Part shown: piece by piece, positions 52,419 to 64,000 of the stretch
How the letters are laid out: each line of letters begins with the position of its first letter
Numbering within the stretch: position 1 is the stretch's first letter
From: Moniliella sp. 'wahieum'
Taxonomy: Eukaryota
Reading direction: 5' to 3'
Length of the DNA: 64,000 nt
NCBI GenBank assembly: GCA_003971905.1
Contig: RSEE01000035.1
Coordinates: forward strand, 372,001-436,000
Program-made: the position numbers and the translations under genes
The notes under the pieces: generated by a model
Database searches by the model: none
Told to the model about the DNA's origin: nothing
What the model saw: only the letters and a program-made list of their open reading frames with translations

Positions 52419-52536
52419 TTGTTGGGCGGGAGGACGGGTGTGTCTTGTGGGCTTGGCGGCTTAGCTTGGGCTTGTAGGCTTGGGGGTGGGCTTGCTTGAA
52501 GAGCGCTCCCCTTCCGGGGGGATCAGATTGTAGCTC

Positions 52537-52776
52537 TGTTGGCCTAGGGAGCCGGACGGGCAGAAGGATGAGGAGAAGGTGATGGATTGGAGCCAGAGTT
52601 GGGTCTGGGTACAGAGGCATCTATATAGGAGGCTGGACTAGGCACAGGGACAGTGAGTCACACAGGAGAGAGTGCAGGGCACAGGGACAGTGACACGCAG
52701 GGACGTCAGCGTGGAAGCCGATGGAACCGAGGCGAACCTGGTCTACCGACTGGGAGCCAGAGGATCACAGTCAACA
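52537..52776. repeat. LTR copy 2 (240 bp)
   Basis: Near-identical to copy 1. Confidence 0.93.
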
Positions 52777-53504
52777 TAATTGGTTTTCATTATCGATTAC
52801 GCGTTGCGATCCATTAGATTATCGATGGCCAATTAATGAGGCCTGAGGATTATTGAGTGCCGAGGAACCGAGACGGCGGTGGAGCAGTAGGGCAGCCTCC
52901 AGCGTGTACACACGTGGCTTGCAATGCAGCGGCGGAGCGGCATGGCGCCAGTGTGGGGGCGACAGGGGGAAGGGTGATGTGTGACGCGTGACGGGGGAGG
53001 CGAGGCGACGCAGAGACTGGTGTGGTGGCGCGGCGGGCGCTTAGCGCTTACTGCCACTCAGCGGTCGGGGAGTGGGTGCTGGTGACGAGCGTGTGACGAG
53101 CAGCAGCATCTGGTCGCCGCAAGCGGGGATCGGGGATCGGAGGGCGTGTTGCCGCCGCAGCGGGTGGGCTGTCGTGGGGCACCCAGCACGGCGCCAGTCT
53201 TGGTCCCCTGCCATTCAGACCGCCGGGCTGCCCAACTGCCGTCCCTTGGCCTAACCACCACCCACCACCACCACCACCACCTTCTCCGCCTCCTCCTCCT
53301 CCGCTTCCTCCTCCTCCTCCTCGCCTCCTCCCCGCCCTCCCCATTCCCCCTCCTCCTCCTGCGCCAGCCTCCGCGGCGCTTGTGCTGCTGCCCCCCGTCG
53401 TCTGTTTGCCTCGTCCGCCCCCCGCTCCGCTCCGCTCTCTCTGCCCCGATACCAGCCACCCGTGCCGCACGACCCGCATCCCCCCCGTGTCCCCCCCCAC
53501 CCAC

Positions 53505-53900
53505 ATGTCCGACCGCGCCGCTCTCCACGCTAGCCTGGCCACTGCCGGCATTCCGGCACCCCCCGAGTACGCTGCCTACGCTGGCCACCCGCAACCCGCC
53601 GACGCATACGGCTACGCCTCCCTTGAACGCCATCTCGCCGCCCTCCAACTCACCGCGCCCGAATCGCGCGGGCACACACTCCCCGCTCACCACGGCTTCC
53701 AGCACGCCCAGTCCCTGTCTCCGCCTCAGCACCCGCCCCCGTTCCAGCACCAGTACCACCACCACGCATCCCACCCATCTCAGCACCGCGACTATTCCCC
53801 ACAGCAGCAAGAGCTACACATCCAACTCCAGCTGCGTCAGCGCGCCGAACTGGCACGCCTCATGATGCTCAAACAGCAGCAACAGCAGCACCAACAGGAA

Positions 53901-53931
<31 letters not shown>

Positions 53932-54976
53932 TCGTCCAGCAACGCCTTCTCGACCAACGCACTCAGCACTATCTCCAGCTCCAACAACTGCAGCAGCTTC
54001 GTCTCGAGGAGGAGGTGCAGCAGCGTGCCTATCAGCAGCAGCTCCGTCTCGAGGAGGAGGCGCAGCAGCTTGCCTACCAACATCAGCTCCGTCTCGAGGA
54101 AGAGGCTCAGCAGCGTGCTTATCAGCAGCACCGCCTGCGCTTGCTCGAGCAGGAGAAGGTTCGTCAGCAGATGCAGCAACAGCAGCAGCAGCAGCAACGC
54201 TTGTATGAGTACCATCGCCGCATCCACCTCGCTAATGTAGAAGCCCACCGGCAACAGCAGCAACACGATCCACTTCTTTCCCAGCTGCCCAACTTAATGA
54301 CCCACACCACCCCCAGCCGCAGCAGTGGTCGCCCACTGTCTATGACCCTATTAATGTCGAACCGACGCCTGCCAGTCCCCTAGCCCCACCCTACGACCAG
54401 CACATTCATCGATCCCCCGCCTCTCTGTGGCAAGAAACCGACTCTGGTCTCGCTGTGGCCGGTTCCTCTGTCCCAGCCGACCCCACCTCTATCAGTTCCC
54501 CCCCCAAGCCCCAACAGACTGGGCTGCACTCGCCGCCTGCCAGCGTGACGGACCGGAGCGCATCTCCGCCTCAAGGATCAATCTCGACCGCCTCATCGCA
54601 GGCCGCTAGTGGCACCCCACCCACCCCACCCTCCCCCCTAGCGCAAGCGACGCCCGCGGGAGGAGCGAGCAAGCAACGTGCTGTCGCGTTGGCGGACCGG
54701 GTGGCGTCCTGGCGTGCATCGAGCGGCAAGGCGCCCGAGCCGGCCGCCGGGCAAGACCTCCCAGGCACGGCACCGGCACCAGCGCGCTTGGCGCCATTGC
54801 GTGCACGTGCGCGTGGGTCGATGGCCGTGACGCGGATGCCGGTGCGGCAGCCACGCGGTCCTCCGACCGAGTTGCAGCAATTGGAGAAACAAAACTTCCT
54901 CACCCGTCGCTGCCCTGCCATGCTGCCCTCGACCTCTACCTCTTCCTCTGCCTCTTCCTCTGTTGAATCTGCCTAA
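53505..54976 (+). CDS. Gln-rich low-complexity protein with 15-aa repeats and C-terminal RQPRGPP motif
   Basis: ATG at 53505 (MSDRAALHASL); polyQ; 3 x QLRLEEE(A/V)QQ(R/L)AYQ. Probable frameshift or intron about 54300-54450, then ORF ending PVRQPRGPP..KQNFLTR..ESA*. Confidence 0.6.
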
Positions 54977-55493
54977 CTCTCCCACTTGCTCGAGGCTAGG
55001 GCTACGCGCTAAGCCCTTGGTGGTGGTGGGGTGGGTTGGCCCATACGATGACGGTGGAGATTTGACCTTGTTGTCTACTTTTTTTTTCCTTGGTACATAT
55101 CCCTTTGCCCCCGAACCGATCCAACGTCCAACCCTCTGTCTTCGTCGCATTTTGTGTTTCCGTTTCCCCGTCGGCTCTGAGGCCGTTGCTCATCATGAGC
55201 CCTCCTGCAACCCTCTCGTTTCCGCTTTGGTTCTTCTTCTTCCCCTCCTTGCACTCAAACCATGGATCTTGTTTGCACCAACGTTCTACAGATGTCTGAC
55301 GGTCTCAGGAGAACGGTTGGATGAACGTGAAGGTTCCCATTGGCTGTGCATTATACAAAACAAATAGACGCAAGTCTTGTGTCCCAGCTGCAACGTGGGC
55401 TCAGTCACAGTAGGCAACATATATACATGCTGATGGGGGCGAAAAAGAGGGACGGCACTGTGAAGACGACGGCCGAGGCGAAAAGACATTGGT

Positions 55494-57526
55494 TTACCGT
55501 CTCTTGGCCGGTCGCGGCGGCAGTGGAGGAAGAGAAGCTGGCGTGCGCACTTTAAGAGAGGTAGCCAAGACGAGGGCAACGACAACGGCGATCCCAGCAG
55601 TAAGCAGCAGAAAGGAGCCGGCCCAGCGGTCCGATGCGGCAGTTAGCTTATACAGCCACGAAAACGCCATGGGAGAAGCAATCGAGCCCAACGCCTCATT
55701 GAACACCGAGAGCGCTCCAAACATGGCGCCTGTGTGGGCAGGGTCATGCATAAGCCTCACCAACAGCGACGATAGCGTTGCGCCAAAGCCCCCCCCAAAC
55801 GCAGAGAGGGCACCCCAAAAAATCACCGCGGTCAACGTGCGCGACTCAAAGAGACCCACATGCGCCACGCTCCAAATCAAGATGGTGGCTACCGCCAGAC
55901 GATAATCAAACCGGCCATCCTGGATCGCACCCAGATGTTTCTCCCGCAGTGTCCACGCCCGCTCCACCATCTCCTCCGAACGCGTAAAGGGTGGGAGGGA
56001 AGGTGCCTGCTCGTCGCTGTCTTCGTTGTCGTGATCCGATAGGGAAGCAAGACGACCATTCTCATCCAACAAATTGCCTTGACCGCCATTGTCTTGGGGT
56101 AGACTAATGCGCTCCTTTTTCCTTTTTTGTCCGATCGAGATGATCAGAGGCAAGACGAGACCCAGGGCGACGACATGGAGGACAGCGGAACCAGAGATAA
56201 AAGGACCGATGTCTGATGCGGCCAAATGGAAGAGTTGTTGGAGATAGAAAAGAGAGATGGAGGCGCTACCGGTGGCGACGCTGTTGAGGACCAGTATAGC
56301 CATCGCCACGATAGTTACATTCCAATCCCGTCCACCCATCGGGCCATGACCTGGATGAGAGATGGAGATATGCGACCGGCTCGAGTGGTGGTGTAGCTTT
56401 GGCCCAGGAGAGGGCGGCGGGGAGGACGTGCTGCTAGTCGCCCCGTACCCGCTTGCCTCGTTATCGTTTCCGTTCAGCAAACTTTCCCTCTCGCTCCCGA
56501 CATCCTCCTCGTGCTCGTCCGAGTCGATGCCTTGTGCTTTGGGGAACAAAACCATCAGGGTAGCCACCACAGGTGCCCAGTAGAACAACATGTAGGCCTT
56601 AGCCCGTTCCGACCAAGTCTTGGCCGACACCAAGGCATCTTTCAGCTTCTCCGATCGAGCTCGTGCTTGTTCTGCATATACATCCCGCGCTTCTTTGAGT
56701 CCCGAAGGGGGGCGGGAAGCGGGGATGATGAGCGTGCCATAGACAAGCGCGAATAAGCTTATAAGGAAGCCAGCAAACAACACTGGTGTCAGCTCGCCTC
56801 CCGACCATCTGATGATTAACGAGGACAGGTAGGGAGCGACGATGATTCCAACGTAAGAGATACTCTTGCACATCGCGTAAGCTTGCGACCGGTTGGCAGA
56901 GGAGGAGGTGTCGGCGATGTAGCTGCTGGGCACGGCGTCGCTCAACGTATCTCCTCCCCCTAGGCCACCTACGAGGGAGATAGCATAGAGAAAGTTGCGT
57001 TGCCAATTTGGAAGCAAGCGAGGAAGAAGCGATGCGATCAGGGCGATCGATATGCAACTGATGCTGGCCACCATCATCACGGCCAGGGGCAATTTGCGCC
57101 CATATTGGTCGCCTAACCGGGACCAAACCCCGGTGGTGCTCATTGCGAGGATTCCTGAGATGATACTCATGCGTACTTGGAACGCAGCCGCCTCGGCCAA
57201 GACAGCAGGGGAACGACACACGTCCTGATCGTGCCCCGCTCCTGCTCCACCCATCGGCCCAGGGTTTCCGACAGTCTCTTCGCACACCATTTGGTTCACC
57301 AACAAAATCATAACGGGCGCAAACATGGCGAGGGAAAAGGCGTTCAAAAAGATCAGGGGTGGATCCACCACGGCGACGGGCGGCGGTACCAGGGCATGAG
57401 TTTGGACCAGGAGAGATGCTGGTCCTCGTTTAGCTCTTCATCAGCCTGTTCGGCCATCGCGATGGCAGCGGTAGCGGAAGCATTGCCATCGACCAGCAGT
57501 ACGTTTTCGGGTCCGTTCTCGGTCAT
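55494..57526 (-). CDS. MFS transporter (tetracycline-efflux/SLC46-like fungal family)
   Basis: PWYRRPSPWW N-terminal motif, motif A (WSRLGDQYGRKLP), SYIADTS..RS, many TM helices. Frameshift near 57360. Confidence 0.88.
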
Positions 57527-58704
57527 GATGGCGGGCTGGTCGGGTTGGAGCACTCACTCAGAGGTGCGCCAGGGTGGAAGGAAGATGCTGGGTGAATCGG
57601 GATTGTGAGAAAAGGAACGTGGGGAAGAAGCGAGTACTTAGGGTGTGCACTGGCTGCCCCTGATATACGCTTTTTGCTGATGGGGCGGGCACAACCTTGA
57701 CGGACGTGGCGAACGCTAAGCGCACTGTGTAACCATGTGACCTGGCTATAGTGACTAGTGTCGATCATCGCACCTACTATTGAGCGACCGAGAAGACATA
57801 CGACCAAAACGACCATTAACGTTGTTAATGCATTATCGACATCTGCTGCAGGCAGGTCGATAAGCCCAAAAAATAAAAAAGAGTGCACATGTGTGCCTCC
57901 GTCGTAGTTGTGGCTGCGCAGTCGACGCTGCGAGAAGCCTGTGAGGCGTAGGGGAAACTATTGCTGCGACAAGCGTCTGCGTGAGCTATTAAATAGCTTC
58001 CCGCTGTCCTAGCTCGTTTGTTACTACTATAGTCACTAGCGACTACTAGTCGATCGTCACATGTCACATGCTTGCCACCTTGGGTCCCGTGGGTCACATG
58101 TCACATCTGCATCAGGCCACACAGGCCACATGCCCAGTCGATGATCTCATCATCATGCACATGTGCGGCCTCGGGCCCATGATGTGCACGACTGCGATGA
58201 CCGTACCGGCCAAACCTGCCTCGGCCTCATCAGCATGTGGAAGCTGGAAGACTATCCGTCACCATATCTATCTGCCTCTTCGCTCTTCGCCTCAGGCCTC
58301 AGGGCCTAAGGGCCTCGACGTCTCGACGTTTCAACGCCTCTACCCTCAACCGGCACGCGGCACCCCTCTGCTTATATCAATGTTTAACACGTTCCAACTC
58401 CAAACGAGCGTACAGGCAGAGTCGATGGGGCTAAAAGTCTCGGTGAGCGCAGAGTAAAGCGGCGAATGAATTGGAGGAATCGTCTTCAGTTTACTCCAGC
58501 ACGCATTTGCAACCTGGTCAAGTCGTCATCCGCACGCGGTGGGCGGAGAGGGTGCGGATACGTGGGGTGATATGATCAGAACGGCCATTCCCATACGCGG
58601 CCAAAGAGGCCCAACGTGACCTCGTTGTGCAACAGCAGCAATGATTGGGATAGCGAGGCTCCAACAGGGTATCAGTATCCGATCCAAGGGCGGCAGTGAG
58701 CGCA

Positions 58705-61700
58705 TCAGAGGCAGAACAGGCGCGAGTTCCTCTTCCGCGCCACCTCTTCCAAACGTTCAGCAAGCGCTGCCTTGGCTTTCTCCTTGTCTGCAGACTCTTG
58801 GTGCATGCGCGACTCGTAGTCAATTTGCTTCTGATGGGCGGAGGAGCGCTCCTGCTGCAGCTCGCTCGACGCGGCTTCCAACATCGCACGCGTTTCGCGC
58901 ACCTCCTCGTGCATCTGGTCCCGCTCCCGTGTCACCTCCCCTAGCTGCACGCGAGCCTTGCGCAAGTTGCGGTCCGAGTCGTTCAGCGCCATTTCGAGCG
59001 TGGATGCCAGTTCAATGTTGGCTTGTAAGTCCGCCTCGCAATGAATGAGTTGTTCGCGCAACTGCGCCATGTCAGCCCGTGTCTTCTGCAGTTCTTCATC
59101 TTTCTCCGTCGTCATCACCGCAGTCGCGTCACTGACGACACTGGGATGGGTATTGCCCCCCACGAGGGTGCTCGCTGACATCCGGGTTAATTCCTCTTCC
59201 GAAAGGGGTATTGTGCTTGAACGGCGGCCAAAGTAGACAGCTTGGCTTGCACGTCGTTCAAGGTGCGTTTCAGTTCGTCCGACTCTGGACCCAACCCAGA
59301 ATCGTTACCAGCCTGCGTCAGCTGCTGGGCCAACTGCTCCACCTGCTGGCCTAGCTCAACACTGAGCTCATGCAGTGAGGACCGCTCCGTCACCAACTGA
59401 TCCAATTGACCTTGGAGCGTCTTGACCTTAGCGTCTTGCGAGGCAATCAGCTCATCGCGCTCCTGTTCGGCTTCCATTCGAATCTCCTCGGCCGTGGTAA
59501 GATCCATTTCTTCTTTCTTGTCGGTGACGGTCGTATCTGCCGTGTCAACCTCATCAGTTGATCCCGTCTGGGACAGCTGGCGCCGAGCCCGCTCAGACAA
59601 GATCAATTCGCGCGTCGAACCAATGCGAGCCAGTTCCTCCTTGTGAGCCTCTTTGAGCGCTTCCATTTCGGCCAACAGCTTCGCCTTGGTTTGCTCGGCT
59701 TCCTCCTGGAGACGTTTGTGCTCTTCCTCCGCCTCTTGGGCTTGGCGAATTAACTGGGCATGCGATTCACGCAGCTGTACTAGCTCAGCATCAGCCGCAT
59801 CCGTTGCTGTTGACGAATCGGCAGTAGGAGCCTTGGCCTCCGGCTCCGTTCCAGACAAGCCGCCCAGAGTCAGGGGTTCGGCCGGAATGGCCTCGACGGG
59901 ACTGGCGTCCTCAGAGACCAAGTCTTCCGACGGAGGGAGAGGCAAGCCCGTAGCTGCAGGTGGTGATGAAAGGAGCGCTTGAGCCTCGAGAGAAGGGGTG
60001 ACGTAGTTCGATTCGACGCCCGACACGACGGTCGAAGGACAGGTAAGGGCACAGGGATCGTCAGCGCATCCTCTGCTGGTTGATCATGTAGCGCCGTTGG
60101 GGGATGAGTGCACGCAAACGTTCCATCTGGTCTTGATGCATCGCTTCTTGGCGAGCCATTTGTTGAAGTAGCTCTTGCACTTGACTTGCCTGGTCGGGCT
60201 CCTGCCCGGAAGGGGCTGAAGCAGGAACGACAGGGGCAGAAGCTGTGGTGGCAGGGGAGTCCCGGGAGGCAGAGAGAGCCAACAGCTCCTCATCCCTCTC
60301 CCGCAGAGTGCCTTGAAGCTGGTTCACTTCCTTCTCCAACGACAAACTTTGCGCTCCAACGCCTCGCTACTCTCTCTCTGGAGGTGGTAAGATGCCCATT
60401 GACCCATTCCCAGGCCGGGGTGGGGAGCCTAACACCACCCCCGACCCTGCGCCAGGGAAGGCGATGCTCGCTGCGCGTGAATGGGATGCCAATGACAACG
60501 GACGGCGAGACGCAAAGCTCTGCGTGCGAACATGCTTCGTGTCGTTCGTATCGCGCATTCCGGGTGTCGAATTGGCAGGCTTATACTGGAGCGAGGAGAT
60601 ACTCCGGCGATTCCGCATCGTGCTGTCTCTCCGAGCCTGTACAGCAGACGACGACGGCCCAGAGAGGGAGGCGAGCGAGGATGTCCGGCTTCTTGACCCC
60701 GGACTGAAGTCCATGTCGTCCTGAGCGCTATAAGTCGAAGAGGCACTCACTCTTCTCCCTCGTACACCGGAAGTCCGACTCCCCGGCCGAAACGTTCGAG
60801 GGTCCCCAGTCGAATCCGCCGCCTCATGATCCGCCGTCGTCGGGGCATCCAACTCTTCCATCTCGTCTCCCAAGGGCTTGGACAAGGTTGACAAACGCTC
60901 AAGCTCGGCTTTCGCTTCTAGGTACTTCGAATGCGCCGTGGCTTGCTCGGCTAGGGCTTGGGCATGGCTGTCCCGCAATTTCATCAGTTCCTCCTCCTTG
61001 CCTTCGAGTTCATGCAACTTGGTTTCCTGTTCTTGCAACCCAGATTCCAACTCCTTTACACGCTCTTGAGCGGATGCCAGATCAGCTTGGGTGCGAGCCA
61101 GCTCTGATTGAGCCTTTTCCTGGGCGGCTTGGGATGCAGCTGTCTGAAGCTCGAGCGTCTTGGTCTTTTCCGCTAGCTGGTCTTTGAGCACCGACATTTC
61201 TTCCTGGATCCGGGCGCGTTCTGCATCGTAGTCCTTTTGAAGAGCCGTCATAGCAGTGGCCGTAGCCACCGCGGCCGCAGAAGCAACTTCAGAGGCTTGA
61301 GATTCTTTCTCCCGAGAGTGTGTAGACTGAAGCTCGGCAAGTTGTTCTTCAAGGTCCTTAAGCTGGCTCTCCTTGGCTTGGAGCTCGCTGTGGAGCGACT
61401 CAAGCTCTTCGAATGGCACGGGATCAACGCTCTTGTCTGTAGACGAATCGAGACGAGCCTCGAGGGAGGCCAGCTTGGCATCTCGCTCTTGCGCCTCCTG
61501 TTCCAACTCCTCCACTCTTGCCGTTGCTTCAGCCAGCTCCGTGTCCGAGGTCAGCAGACGGCTCTCGAGTTCAGCAATATACGCTTCCGCTGCCTCCTCA
61601 GCCTTCTTCATCTTGGCTAGCTCTTGGCGCAAGTCTCCTGCGACAGACTTGTCCAGCGTTGACTGTTCGAGGTGCGACGAGATTTTGGTCTCTAGCTCGT

Positions 61701-63877
61701 CAGCGTACCGTGCAGCACTCGTCTCGCCCTCGGCGACCTGCCCGAGGCGGGAATGTAGGTCGGCAATGATTTCCTCCTTGGACGCCAACTGGGCCCTGGC
61801 CTGTGCAGCTCATCGTCTTGCTCGACAATCTTGGTCTCATGCTCGTTGACAATATCTTCGGCATGGGCCAAGGCAGCCTTCATCAAATTGATCTGACCCT
61901 CGAGCACATCAATCGCCTTTTCATACTCGACAATGATCGGTTCAGCAGCAGTGAGAAATTCTTGGTTGCTCTGACCCGACGAAGCTCGAACCGCCTGTTC
62001 CAGGCTGGTCTTCTGCGCTTGAGCTTGGGCCAATTCCTGAGCCAATCGACTAAGGCGCTCTTGCTGGGCACGAATGACGCTTTGGGCATGTTGGGCTGCA
62101 TCCTTGGCAGCAATGCCTTGGAGAGCGCCTCCACCATCACCTGAGCTCGACCGGAAGAAGAGCCTCGGACTGCAAGCTCTTTCCGAAGTTTGGTCACTTG
62201 GCCTTGTAGATAAGTCAAGTCATCCCACCCTACTTCGTGTTCCGTAATCTCGGCCTTGTTCTTAATGTTACGTGCCCGATTGGCATATTGGAGAGTGTTG
62301 ACCGTCTCAGAGACGTTGTATTCGGTTGGGGAGACACACGCAATCATCAGTGTATGCGCGTTGCCACCCAGACTGTCTTGCAACAGGCGAGTCAATTTGC
62401 TGTCACGATACGGGATATGGGTCGTTCGCCGCGCCTTGGCCGGATCGCCGAGGGCACTGATCACATTGCCCAATGCATGGAGGCCCGAATTGATCGAGAT
62501 GCCTTCCTTGGCCCGATCACCTGTAGCGTTGGTCCGCTTGAGCTGGAAGAGGATTAGGTTAGTTCTGATCGAAACAATCGTTTGGCCAACATACCCGTTC
62601 TGAACCAGCTAGATCGACGAAGTGGAACTTGCTGACAATAGTTGTGCTTTCCCCTTCGTCTGCCATGTCCATGGAACTACCAGGACGCAATGCCTGGCGC
62701 TGCTGGCGGGAAGGGGTGACACGGCCACCCAAGGAAGAGCCGGGGCGAGGAATGCCGAGGGACTTGCGCGGTGTGCTGGGCGTTGCGCGCCCGTTGGTGG
62801 AGCGCCGATGGGTGAGAGTAAGGGAAAAGATAGCGTGGGAGCGAGATGATTGCTCATTCATGTCAGTTTCAGATGTGCGTCGGGCAGCGGTACCAATGGC
62901 CAGGTAGGACATGACATCAGCCACTGACGAAACAGAAACCTCGCGGAGTCCAGACCAAATTATGTGGCCTTTGTCCTCGCGAATTTGGACCAAGGGTTGG
63001 GAGCTGCCTCCATCAGCAAGGAGGTCAAGCAAGTCCTCATTGTACAACTCAATGAACGAGACCTTGACCGTATAAGTCGACCGTCCCGCCGACGCTTGAC
63101 GCCGACGCTCAATGTCGCTAAAAATGTCGGACACAGCGCGGGGGATAATGCCCGTAGACGGGCCAGGGCAGCACCGATATAGTTCAGTTCCGCCGCAGCG
63201 GTTCCCATGGTATAAGACTTACCACTGCTCGTCTGGCCATAGGCCAGGATGGTAGTGTTGTAGCCGTCCACAAAAGAGGGAATGAGAGATCGAACTGCCC
63301 GTTCGTACACATCCTCCTGATTGGCCTCTGGACCAAGAACGTAGTCGTATGCGAAGATCTGCTTCTTATCGCGTGACAGGCCGGGTGTCGCAGCATTCGG
63401 GCCGCCAGTGGGACCAGAGGAGGGGTCAACACTAACGCTGGAGGCACCTGAGCGAAGATGACAGAGCGTTGCCATCGGGTGGGCATGGACGAAGCGTCCT
63501 GCGGGGTGATGGGGGGATACGGAGCGCAACCTGGACCGAGGTGGGCATGGGGCTGGGCGGGCTAATAGAGAAGGGGGGGGTCATGGGCGGCGGAGAGAGC
63601 TGGTCGCGCGCGGCAGAGCGGGGGGAATCGGCAGCGGTCGCGATAGGCGGAAGCGGTGAGCGGGTGCGCATGCCAGGCTTGGGTGTGGTGGGTAAGCCGC
63701 CGAAAGACGAGCGTGGGAGAGAAGAGGCGGGGGTAGAGCGGCCGGAGCTGGAGAGGGGTGGGGGGGACTGGGCACCGAGGCGGCCGAGATGGAGTGGCGC
63801 GGACGCGAAGAGGCGCCAGAGCCGGGGCCGCCACCAACGCCAAAGCCAAAGGCGGACGACCGCCGAGGCGTCGTCAT
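58705..63877 (-). CDS. Kinesin-4 (KIF4/KIF21-like) motor with long coiled-coil tail
   Basis: [26 protein letters not shown] (P-loop), [71 protein letters not shown]. Several indels and an intron. Confidence 0.93.
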
Positions 63878-64000
63878 GGATGGATGGAGGGTGGATGGGA
63901 TGGGACGGAGGCGGGACGGTGGAGGCGGTGATGTGGTGGAGCAGAGCCAAACACACTGTGGACCCTGCACGGCCAGGTGGCCAGCTGCGCGAGCTGCGCC

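Larger units (their letters stand above)
51377..52776 (-). mobile_element. Non-autonomous LTR retroelement (TRIM-like), 1400 bp, with TSD
   Basis: Direct repeats 51377-51615 and 52537-52776 differ by one G. Termini TGTTG..CAACA. TAATT flanks at 51372-51376 and 52777-52781. No pol ORF. Orientation inferred from a PPT-like GCGGGGG on the minus strand. Confidence 0.92.

Noticed and set aside
1..64000. tRNA, rRNA, snRNA genes and telomeric repeats
   Set aside because: No convincing cloverleaf, conserved snRNA/rRNA motifs or TTAGGG arrays seen by eye; a covariance-model scan would be needed to exclude them.

Overview
Eukaryotic, GC-rich fungal genomic DNA, most likely a basidiomycete (short 50-70 nt GT-AG introns with CTRAC branch points; gene set and style resemble Ustilaginomycotina, which is an inference). 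About 20 protein-coding genes are present: HMG-box protein, EVE/Thy28, metacaspase, orphan coiled-coil protein, single-pass membrane protein, EMC8/9, mitochondrial S10, Pil1-like protein, forkhead TF, HEM1, BUB2, SWR1, Pmp3-like, complex III core 1/MPP-beta-like, RPL14, PAQR/IZH, Q-rich protein, MFS transporter and kinesin-4-like. Many conserved genes carry 1-nt indels, most probably long-read assembly errors, so gene ends are approximate. Most notable: (1) an intact, apparently young 1.4-kb non-autonomous LTR element (TRIM-like; 239/240-bp LTRs, TAATT target-site duplication, no tRNA-type primer site) next to a decayed Ty1/copia RT fragment; (2) a recurring intergenic pattern of 7-bp-period arrays built from many different A-NNNN-T palindromes joined by one base; (3) a spliced Cys-rich microprotein gene missed by the ORF track; (4) a forkhead domain with a non-canonical recognition helix. 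No tRNA, rRNA or CRISPR array could be supported.
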